Virus record (IMG/VR): IMGVR_UViG_3300014613_000103
Coordinates: 1-24,326 of that record
Length of the DNA: 24,326 nt
Reading direction: 5' to 3' (one strand)
Source: a virus
Taxonomy: Duplodnaviria > Caudoviricetes
Numbering within the stretch: the first letter of the stretch is position 1; every line of letters starts with the position of its first letter. Positions 17,008 through 23,216 of this stretch are shown in pieces. Made by a program: the position numbers and the translations under genes. Under the pieces are notes generated by a model, which worked only from the letters and a program-made list of their open reading frames with translations, made no database searches and was not told the DNA's origin.

Positions 17008-17036
17008 AGTTTACACCCAAAAAGGTGATTTGTCAA
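17008..17036 (-). promoter_or_regulatory. Second leftward sigma70-type promoter
   Basis: TTGACA (17036-17031), 17-nt spacer, TAAACT (17013-17008). Confidence 0.65.
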
Positions 17037-17100
17037 TACCTAGATGTTCTATGCTTAGGCGTGAAACAGGCATAAGAGCACAAATAGCTATACCTAGAGT

Positions 17101-17128
17101 TCCGAGGTATCCGAGGTATCCGAGGCAT
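17101..17128. repeat. 9-bp tandem repeat, three copies (TCCGAGGTA)
   Basis: tccgaggta tccgaggta tccgaggca t. Confidence 0.85.
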
Positions 17129-17165
17129 AGCCAAATAAGTCACCTTACCGTGTACGATAAAAGGC

Positions 17166-17194
17166 TTGCAATTTACACTGGTATGTGTTAATAT
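17166..17194 (+). promoter_or_regulatory. Sigma70-type promoter of the LAGLIDADG gene
   Basis: TTGCAA, 17-nt spacer, TAATAT preceded by TGn; followed by GGGAGG (17201) and ATG 17211. Confidence 0.55.
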
Positions 17195-17210
17195 AGATAT
17201 GGGAGGGCCT

Positions 17211-17609
17211 ATGAAACAGGATATTGAGTATGCTTACATTGCCGGCTTAACAGACGGGGAAGGAACAATATTTATAACGCCTCAATTATATTTGAGTGTA
17301 AAGATTCGCAACACTGATAAACCTATTTTACTTTGGGTTCAAGGGGTTTATGGCTTGGGGAAAATATACAAAGCCAAGAGTGCAATTAAACAAGGCTTTT
17401 CACTTGAGTTCAACAGTAATAATGCTCTAAAGTTTCTTACGCCTTTGCTTCCTTATTTGCGAATTAAAAAGCTACAAGCGGAGCTGGCGGTTGCATTCCA
17501 GCTGGCCACAGAAACAGGGGATAGGAAAATAGAATATCGGCAAAGAATAATGGCACTTAACCAGAAAAGCTACGATAGACTTTTTGGTGTAACTCAACCC
17601 ACCGTGTAA
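17211..17609 (+). CDS. Free-standing single-motif LAGLIDADG homing endonuclease (132 aa)
   Basis: YAYIAGLTDGEGTI signature, NTDKPIL and LLPYLRIKKLQAEL motifs; GGGAGG RBS before ATG 17211. Confidence 0.88.
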   Translation: MKQDIEYAYIAGLTDGEGTIFITPQLYLSVKIRNTDKPILLWVQGVYGLGKIYKAKSAIKQGFSLEFNSNNALKFLTPLLPYLRIKKLQAELAVAFQLATETGDRKIEYRQRIMALNQKSYDRLFGVTQPTV

Positions 17610-17721
17610 GAATAGGCTCTTCCGGGCTTAGCAAAAAACGCTGTTCTAATTTTGTTCTAATAAAGTATTTAGCTATAAAATATATTTTGTAAAGCTAGGC
17701 ACAAAAGGTATAAACAGGCTA

Positions 17722-17750
17722 TTGACAACCTTGTCGCCCGGGGTTATACT
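17722..17750 (+). promoter_or_regulatory. Strong sigma70-type early promoter
   Basis: TTGACA (17722-17727), 17-nt spacer, TATACT (17745-17750), with AT-rich upstream sequence. Confidence 0.8.
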
Positions 17751-17784
17751 GAAAATAAAAACAAAGGGAGGTCGGAAAATAGAT

Positions 17785-17982
17785 ATGGAGATACCTAACT
17801 GGACAATTAAGGATTTCAAGATTAAGCAGACTGCTACGGGATATTCTGTATATTGTACGCATGATGAAAAATCCAGATGTTTGCGTTCTCATTTAAGAGA
17901 ATTAAAGCAAGCCACAAGTTATATAGATTGGTTGCTTAATTTCACAAAGGAATTAAAGGAGAAAACAGGAGGTAGAAAATGA
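17785..17982 (+). CDS. Hypothetical early protein (65 aa, MEIPNWTIKDF...)
   Basis: First ORF after the early promoter; GGGAGG at 17766; ATGA-coupled to the next gene. The track TTG start is the -35 box. Confidence 0.6.
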   Translation: MEIPNWTIKDFKIKQTATGYSVYCTHDEKSRCLRSHLRELKQATSYIDWLLNFTKELKEKTGGRK

Positions 17983-18407
17983 CCACCACAACCTATAAAG
18001 ACATTAAGACAATAGCTCAGGAGGTTAGAGGAGAATTAGCAAGGCAGTACCCGAAATGTAAATGGGGTGTCCGAATAGAACGCTTCTCAGGCGGACAGTC
18101 GCTAAAAGTTACCCTATTATCAGCACCATTTGAAGCATTCGCAAAGGACACAGATTGCAATGGGAATCCCGTCAAAGGGTACACCCAGTTGAATCAATAC
18201 CAATTTCAGAGACCCGATGATGAGAATATCAATAACGGCGCTCATCTGACTAGAGAAGTCTGGGACTGTATGGCTAATGCTTACAGGATAGCAAGCCGTG
18301 AAAACTGGGACAAATCAGACCCACAGACTGATTACTTTAACGTCAACTACTGGCTACATATGGAGATAGGCCAATGGAATAGGCCATTCATCAAAGCGCT
18401 AAGTTAG
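17979..18407 (+). CDS. LPD29-like (large polyvalent protein-associated domain) protein (142 aa)
   Basis: IAQEVRGELARQYPKCKWGVRIERFSGGQSLKV and DKSDPQTDYFNVNY match the LPD29 pattern as I recall it. CAGGAGG RBS. Confidence 0.7.
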   Translation: MTTTTYKDIKTIAQEVRGELARQYPKCKWGVRIERFSGGQSLKVTLLSAPFEAFAKDTDCNGNPVKGYTQLNQYQFQRPDDENINNGAHLTREVWDCMANAYRIASRENWDKSDPQTDYFNVNYWLHMEIGQWNRPFIKALS

Positions 18408-18455
18408 CCTCTTATGTCCTGCCCCTAATGCGAGGGGGCAGCGATAAGAGACTAA
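18404..18455 (+). promoter_or_regulatory. Long intergenic stem-loop with an internal loop (candidate RNA processing or stability element)
   Basis: TTAG-c-CTCTTAT-gtc-CTGCCCCT-loop-GGGGGCAG-cg-ATAAGAG-a-CTAA. No U-tract; the next RBS starts at its 3' foot. Confidence 0.65.
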
Positions 18456-18468
18456 GGGGGTAAATAAG

Positions 18469-18636
18469 ATGCCAGAGCAGTTTCACAGGAAGCTAATCGA
18501 GCTACTGGAAGAGAGGGCAGCAGGACATCAATACAATGCCCTTTGCCAAGTGCCTGTATCCCTGGCCAACTCTATCCCTCTACTGGTGCTGGGTAAGCTG
18601 GATGTAGAGGGATATTTTAATGAGCACAAGAATTGA
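18469..18636 (+). CDS. Small hypothetical protein (55 aa, MPEQFHRKLIELLEERAAG...)
   Basis: Below the track cut-off. AAGGGGG RBS 8 nt upstream; fills the gap. Confidence 0.6.
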   Translation: MPEQFHRKLIELLEERAAGHQYNALCQVPVSLANSIPLLVLGKLDVEGYFNEHKN

Positions 18637-18653
18637 CTTTGAGGGAGGCTAAT

Positions 18654-19289
18654 ATGAGATACTACAAGCTAACAGATAAGTACAACCAAACCCACGATGG
18701 CACTCAGTGGGGAGAGAATGTTATCCACAAAGCTATTGGAGAGGGTAAAGACCTTTGCTCCCCTGACGTCATCCACGTCTACGACCACCCTCTGAAGGCG
18801 GTAATGTTTAATCTTATCCATGCTGCTTTCAGTAAGTATAATCTCTGGGAGTGTAATGTCCGTAAGGTAGTAGCTGATGATGGATTGAAAGTAGGGGTCA
18901 AACAATGCACTACTATCAGGCGAATAGAAGCGCCAATAATCACAACCGAGCAGCGAGTAAGATTTGCGATATACTGTGCGCTTGAAGTCAATAAAGAGAA
19001 ATCCTTTGTCTTATGGGCTGAGAACTGGCTATCTGGGAAAGACAGAACTGTGTCGGCTGCTTTTTCGGCTGCCAGGTCGGGTGAGTCGGCGACTTTGTCG
19101 GCTGAGTTGGCTGCTATGTCGGCTGCCAGGTCGGGTGAGTCGGCGGCTTTGTCGGCTGAGTCGGCTGCTTTTTCGGCTGCCATGTCGGCGGGGGAGGCTT
19201 TGTCGGCTGAGTCGGCTTCTAAATCTCTTGATTTCGTAGCACTCATAAAGAAAGCAATCAAGGAGGAAAATGAATATGCCAGAGCATAA
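18654..19289 (+). CDS. Phage accessory protein with an Ala/Ser-rich repeat block (211 aa; Imm5-like 'SAA' repeat type)
   Basis: GGGAGG RBS. N-terminal YKLT...LCS..VIHVY.HP domain and RVRFAIYCA...WAENWLSGKDR, followed by SAAxSAAx repeats. Confidence 0.75.
   Translation: MRYYKLTDKYNQTHDGTQWGENVIHKAIGEGKDLCSPDVIHVYDHPLKAVMFNLIHAAFSKYNLWECNVRKVVADDGLKVGVKQCTTIRRIEAPIITTEQRVRFAIYCALEVNKEKSFVLWAENWLSGKDRTVSAAFSAARSGESATLSAELAAMSAARSGESAALSAESAAFSAAMSAGEALSAESASKSLDFVALIKKAIKEENEYARA
19053..19217 (+). repeat. TCGGCT-based intragenic tandem array (9/12-bp subunits, 54-bp higher-order unit)
   Basis: The 54-bp units starting at 19065 and 19119 differ at 4 positions. Confidence 0.85.
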
Positions 19290-19524
19290 ACACCCACATG
19301 GCGTAGCGAATCTTCAACCACATGACTATCGGGTATGGGTTTGCACTGAATGCCTACACGTATTCACAGATGAGGAAATAAGAAAAGACACCGATGTTAG
19401 TGGCGATGCATCGGTAGGCGGTTGGGGGCATTCTTGCAAATCGCATCCATGCCGTAAAGGGCAACGGTGCGAAAGCCACCTTGAACCCTATATGCCTGAC
19501 AGAAAAGTGGGGATGCAACCATGA
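19276..19524 (+). CDS. Small Cys/His-rich (Zn-binding) protein
   Basis: CTEC...HSCKSHPC...CESH motifs. The AAGGAGG RBS is better spaced to ATG 19276 than to 19270. Confidence 0.7.
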   Translation: MPEHKHPHGVANLQPHDYRVWVCTECLHVFTDEEIRKDTDVSGDASVGGWGHSCKSHPCRKGQRCESHLEPYMPDRKVGMQP

Positions 19525-19663
19525 GCCTGATATACGTGATTCCAGAATGGGTAATTTGCGCCGACCCTGGGTGTATAGGATGCGAACACAGCTTATAGCT
19601 CTTGACGAACCGATAGATACGCTTATCATTAAGGGAATAAAGGAGGTAAATGAGAAATGCTAA
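19521..19663 (+). pseudogene. Probable frameshifted small Cys-rich gene (or a 25-aa peptide, 19521-19598)
   Basis: ATGA-coupled start gives MSLIYVIPEWVICADPGCIGCEH, then a stop two codons later. The -1 frame continues QLIALDEPIDTLIIKGIKEVNEKC* and overlaps the next start. Confidence 0.4.
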
Positions 19664-20334
19664 CATCAGAACAAATTAAGGAAAGTTGGGAAGGGAGAAA
19701 CGGTTGGTATCAAAACCCTTCGACTAGATTGTGGTTGAGCTTAGGCGATGACGTGAGCTTAGGCAATTACGTGGGCTTAGGCAATGACGTGAGATTAGGC
19801 AATTACGTGAGATTAGGCAATGGCGTGAGATTAGGCAATTACGTAAGCTTAGGCAATGACGTGAGATTAGGCAATTACGTGGGCTTAGGCAATAGCGTGA
19901 GCTTAGGCGATGGCGTGAGATTAGGCAATTACGTGAGCTTAGGCAATGACGTGAGCTTAGGCAATGGCGTGAGATTAGGCAATTACGTGAGCTTAGGCAA
20001 TGACGTGAGATTAGGCAATGACGTGAGATTAGGCAATGACGTGAGCTTAGGCAATGGCGTGAGCTTAGGCAATGACGTGAGCTTAGGCGATGGCGCAAAC
20101 GTAATATCAGTCGGAGCCAGATTTATCGGTTCTTTTACCATCACTAAGGAGAATGTGCTAATCCGAATCGGTTGCGAAACACACCCCGTTGACCAATGGG
20201 TAGCTCATGGAGATCCTCTAGCTAAAAGGCATAATGAATCTCAGTGGTGGGAGGAAACAGGCAAATCAATGCTCACCTTCTTAATCAGTGAAGCCAAGCT
20301 CTATACTAAGAAATACATAGAAACTCATCAATAG
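19657..20334 (+). CDS. Hexapeptide-repeat (left-handed beta-helix) protein (225 aa)
   Basis: 20 copies of (V/L)[S/R/G]LG[N/D][D/Y/G/S]. The C-terminal IRIGCETHPVDQW cap is also seen in phage penta/hexapeptide proteins. AAGGAGG RBS. Confidence 0.85.
   Translation: MLTSEQIKESWEGRNGWYQNPSTRLWLSLGDDVSLGNYVGLGNDVRLGNYVRLGNGVRLGNYVSLGNDVRLGNYVGLGNSVSLGDGVRLGNYVSLGNDVSLGNGVRLGNYVSLGNDVRLGNDVRLGNDVSLGNGVSLGNDVSLGDGANVISVGARFIGSFTITKENVLIRIGCETHPVDQWVAHGDPLAKRHNESQWWEETGKSMLTFLISEAKLYTKKYIETHQ
19735..20094 (+). repeat. 18-bp tandem repeat, 20 copies
   Basis: Consensus GTG-(AGC/AGA/GGC)-TTA-GGC-(AAT/GAT)-(GAC/TAC/GGC/AGC). Confidence 0.95.
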
Positions 20335-20359
20335 GGATAGCAAAGGGAGGTTTTGTTAA

Positions 20360-20875
20360 ATGGAAAGAAATTCAGGTTTTGCTTTCCACGTTCACCACGA
20401 CAGGCTAGTAGAGTTCTGTACAGACTACAAGGAGCGGGCAGCGTACATCAGGGAGAATAAGCCGGCCGATGAGATTGAGCTGCGACTCCGATTGCTCAAA
20501 CTGATACCTCTTAACAGGCTACCATTACCGCTGGACGAAGCCCTGAAGGCCTACTTCGAAGCCCTGAAGGCCTGCGACGAAGCTCGGAAGGCCTACGGCG
20601 AAGCTCGGAAGGCCTGCGACGAAGCTCGGAAGGCCTGCGACGAAGCCCTGAAGGCCTACTTCGAAGCCCTGAAGGCCTGCGACGAAGCCTGGAAGGCCTA
20701 CGGCGAAGCCGGGAAGGCCTGCGACGAAGCCTGGAAGGCCTACGGCGAAGCCGGGAAGGCCTACGACGAAGCCTGGAAGGCCTGCGCTAAGTATTTTACC
20801 AAGCTTCACAAAGAGCTATGTCCCAACTGCCCCTGGGATGGTAAAACGATATTTAGCAAGAGGAGGGTTAAATGA
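20360..20875 (+). CDS. Heptad-repeat coiled-coil protein with His/Cys-rich termini (171 aa)
   Basis: 12 copies of [D/F/G]EA[L/R/W/G]KA[Y/C], flanked by FHVHH and LHKELCPNCPWDG. GGGAGG RBS. Confidence 0.85.
   Translation: MERNSGFAFHVHHDRLVEFCTDYKERAAYIRENKPADEIELRLRLLKLIPLNRLPLPLDEALKAYFEALKACDEARKAYGEARKACDEARKACDEALKAYFEALKACDEAWKAYGEAGKACDEAWKAYGEAGKAYDEAWKACAKYFTKLHKELCPNCPWDGKTIFSKRRVK
20534..20785 (+). repeat. 21-bp tandem repeat, 12 copies
   Basis: Consensus (GAC/TTC/GGC)-GAA-GC(C/T)-(CTG/CGG/TGG/GGG)-AAG-GCC-T(A/G)C. Confidence 0.95.
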
Positions 20876-22170
20876 CAGAGTTGAAAGGCAAATGTAAACA
20901 TGGGGAATTTACCTTGAAAGATGGCTGTCAACGGTGTATGGCTGAGAAGTACGACAATATCAATTCACCAAGCGGTGTAGCGGAGAGGGTCAAGGAAGCC
21001 AACCAGATATTGCACTTAGTGAAGGTCAAGTATTACTCAGAAACCACGGGGGTGTTCAGTGAGCGGGAATATACCTACTTCTCAGCTGACCCACTTAAAT
21101 TGGGTGACATTATCACTGTGCCAGTAAGGGATACAGTAGCCAAGGCGCAGGTAAGTGCTGTAGATGTACCTGAAGCTGAGATAGAAGCCTTCAAAGATAA
21201 GGTCAAGATAATACCGAGTGGCTCGATGGAGCAAGAGGAAATAGAAGCAGAGGCTAGAGAGCAAAAAACAATGGAAAGGCTTACGGGAATAGGGGAGGAG
21301 GTTGACATGTCTACAGACGAATTAGAAGAAGATTCGAACGCTGTAGATGTACCTGAAGCTGAGATAGAAGCCTTCAAAGATAAGGTCAAGATAATACCTT
21401 CAGGGACAAAAATAACCGAACTCTATGTTATGCCAGAGGAAATGAGGGGGGTAAAGATTAGCCCCAACGCAGCCATTAGTATAGTGAATGATATTGTAGA
21501 TGTACTTATAGAATCAGAGCAACCAACTCAAGCTACTGCTGCCTTAGCCCTTCGGCCTGGTGAAGATGTAGAGGCTCACAACTACTTCAGTGAGGCTATG
21601 GGGTTGCTCAAATATGCTGAAGGGCGTGTCATTAAGACCCTACAGGATGCACAGATGGCCACGAATGACCTCAGCATTATCGGGAAACTCAAGAAAGCGA
21701 TGGAGGCAAAGCGCAAGGAAAAGTTGGCTCCGCATGAAGCTCAGGTAAAGGCCATTCGTGATACTTACACCTACCTTATGACCCCGATTCTTGAAGCGGA
21801 GAGGGTCACCAAGTCTAAGCAAGGTGCCTTCCTCCAGGAGCAGGAGAGGATACGAAGAGAGCAAGAGGAAATCAACCGCAAGCGCATGGAAGCTGCCGAG
21901 GCTGAAATGAAGCTGAAGGGCGAATTAACCGAGCCTGTCAACTTGGTTGAAGTAATTGAGCCGGCGAAAAGGGTATCAACTGAGCTAGGTACTTCCGGTT
22001 TAACCGACCACTGGGTGTTCGAGGTGGTGGATTTTTCGTTACTCCCGAATGAGTACAAAGTGGTTGACAGCGCTATGTTAAATGCCATAGCCAAGAAACA
22101 CCACGACTTAAAATCAGTCCCAGGGATACGCTTTTTTAATCAGCCATATCTGGCAACGAGGACGAAATGA
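20872..22170 (+). CDS. Multidomain coiled-coil protein; C-terminal half Gam/Gp157-like, recombination-module associated (432 aa)
   Basis: N-terminal CKH...CQRC, then REYTY...LKLGDIITVPV, then a long coiled coil ending WVFEVVDFSLLPNEY...VPGIRFF. AGGAGG RBS and ATGA coupling. Confidence 0.65.
   Translation: MTELKGKCKHGEFTLKDGCQRCMAEKYDNINSPSGVAERVKEANQILHLVKVKYYSETTGVFSEREYTYFSADPLKLGDIITVPVRDTVAKAQVSAVDVPEAEIEAFKDKVKIIPSGSMEQEEIEAEAREQKTMERLTGIGEEVDMSTDELEEDSNAVDVPEAEIEAFKDKVKIIPSGTKITELYVMPEEMRGVKISPNAAISIVNDIVDVLIESEQPTQATAALALRPGEDVEAHNYFSEAMGLLKYAEGRVIKTLQDAQMATNDLSIIGKLKKAMEAKRKEKLAPHEAQVKAIRDTYTYLMTPILEAERVTKSKQGAFLQEQERIRREQEEINRKRMEAAEAEMKLKGELTEPVNLVEVIEPAKRVSTELGTSGLTDHWVFEVVDFSLLPNEYKVVDSAMLNAIAKKHHDLKSVPGIRFFNQPYLATRTK
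21157..21398 (+). repeat. Exact 59-bp direct repeat (21157-21215 and 21340-21398)
   Basis: gctgtagatgtacctgaagctgagatagaagccttcaaagataaggtcaagataatacc occurs twice, 183 bp apart and in frame. Confidence 0.95.
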
Positions 22171-22182
22171 AGGGGGAATATC

Positions 22183-22371
22183 ATGCGTAGAGCTATTAAG
22201 GGGAAACAATATAGATGCCCAAGGTGGGAAACCTGTGTCTCTTTCAAGTGCGGGCATCGTGTACCTCATTCCCTTGTCTATAAAAAAGGGGATAATGGCT
22301 TATTCTGTATCTGTACCACTGTGCTAAAGTATTGCCCACCTTGTGAGGAGGTGAATTATGCCAGTAATTGA
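22183..22371 (+). CDS. Small Cys-rich protein (62 aa)
   Basis: AAGGGGG RBS; seven Cys including CxC and CPPC; overlaps the next gene. Confidence 0.65.
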   Translation: MRRAIKGKQYRCPRWETCVSFKCGHRVPHSLVYKKGDNGLFCICTTVLKYCPPCEEVNYASN

Positions 22372-22720
22372 ATTAACTAAGAAATGCCCTCATTGTCTAC
22401 AAGTCAAAAGTGTTAATGATTTTTGTAAAAATAGAACAAATAAAGACGGGCTACAATCCGAGTGTAAGACATGCAGCGCAACCTATCAGAGAGCAAGGCA
22501 GGAGAAAAAGAAACTTTTGCAAAAAACCATGATAAATACCCCGCAAGTCCTCGATGTATCACGAATAGATGAACTTCTGAAAGGTGTAGACCAGAATATG
22601 GCTCTCTTGCAATTAGCACAGACAAAGAATCAGGAACTTAATAAAAAATTAGTTGAATATGCTAGTAGGATTATCGAGTTACAAAACCAGATTGCTTCTG
22701 AGAATCGGGGAAGTCATTAG
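22358..22720 (+). CDS. Zinc-finger plus coiled-coil protein (120 aa)
   Basis: KKCPHCLQVK...F.KN...KDGLQSECKTC treble-clef-like motif, then a coiled coil. GAGGAGG RBS. Confidence 0.75.
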   Translation: MPVIELTKKCPHCLQVKSVNDFCKNRTNKDGLQSECKTCSATYQRARQEKKKLLQKTMINTPQVLDVSRIDELLKGVDQNMALLQLAQTKNQELNKKLVEYASRIIELQNQIASENRGSH

Positions 22721-22915
22721 ATGCCAGCAGCAGTTGAGGTAATCTGCAAGCGGTGCGGGTACGGCAATGTGCTCAGTAGCTATGGAGAGTATCAGTGCTT
22801 CCAGTGTGGCGCCGAGCATGATGCGGAAGGGAATTTGATATCGCAGAAGGCTAGTGAGCCTGACCTGAGAAGAGTAGTCAGAGCGCACCATAATGTGAGA
22901 GGGAGGAGAATATGA
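22721..22915 (+). CDS. Zinc-ribbon protein (64 aa)
   Basis: CKRC-x13-CFQC; abuts the upstream stop (TAG-ATG). Confidence 0.7.
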   Translation: MPAAVEVICKRCGYGNVLSSYGEYQCFQCGAEHDAEGNLISQKASEPDLRRVVRAHHNVRGRRI

Positions 22916-23106
22916 TTGAGAAGATTCTGACTGATAATTCTGTGGAAAAGCAAGTTGCCAAGTGGGATGGAGAGAGGTTTGCTCTGGTAACAGCGTACAA
23001 GGAAGAGGCAAGGCAAACCAAGGTGATTTTCCTTTCCCCTGTGGAAACAATACACCTTCTGAAATTCTTGCAGGAGATACCAGAGCTAAGGAGCGGAGTA
23101 GCATGA
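22912..23106 (+). CDS. Hypothetical protein (64 aa)
   Basis: GGGAGGAG RBS and ATGA overlaps on both sides. Confidence 0.65.
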   Translation: MIEKILTDNSVEKQVAKWDGERFALVTAYKEEARQTKVIFLSPVETIHLLKFLQEIPELRSGVA

Positions 23107-23216
23107 AAAAACTTTGGCTGATACCAATGCTGGCTATCTTGGAAGTGCTTATTGCGGTTTTCTTTGGGATAGCCTGGTTACTGGTTAAAATAGAGAGTAT
23201 ATTGAAGGAGGAATAA
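23103..23216 (+). CDS. Small single-pass membrane protein (37 aa, MKKLWLIPMLAILEVLIAVFFGIAWLLVKIESILKEE)
   Basis: ATGA-coupled start at 23103 (the 3' part of track ORF 22962-23216); one hydrophobic helix. Confidence 0.65.
   Translation: MKKLWLIPMLAILEVLIAVFFGIAWLLVKIESILKEE

Noticed and set aside
17037-17720. Group I intron or intein housing the LAGLIDADG gene
   Set aside because: No interrupted host gene, no intein terminal residues and no recognisable P7 core; the gene has its own promoter and RBS.
16790-17790. Lysogeny switch (cI/cro) at the divergent promoters
   Set aside because: Neither flanking gene encodes a recognisable HTH repressor, and no integrase or att site is visible in the window.
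19735-20785. CRISPR-like arrays
   Set aside because: The units are contiguous, in-frame coding repeats with no unique spacers, and there are no cas genes.
19735-20785. Diversity-generating retroelement (variable codons NNC/NNG resemble AAC/AAG mutagenesis)
   Set aside because: No reverse transcriptase or template repeat in the window, and many adenines (GAA, AAG, TTA) are invariant. A remote DGR cannot be fully excluded.
18779-20809. Antisense or alternative-frame ORFs over the repeat arrays (18779-19321, 18964-19239, 19724-20098, 20525-20809)
   Set aside because: They stay open because the repeat units lack stop codons in those frames, and they overlap well-supported genes.
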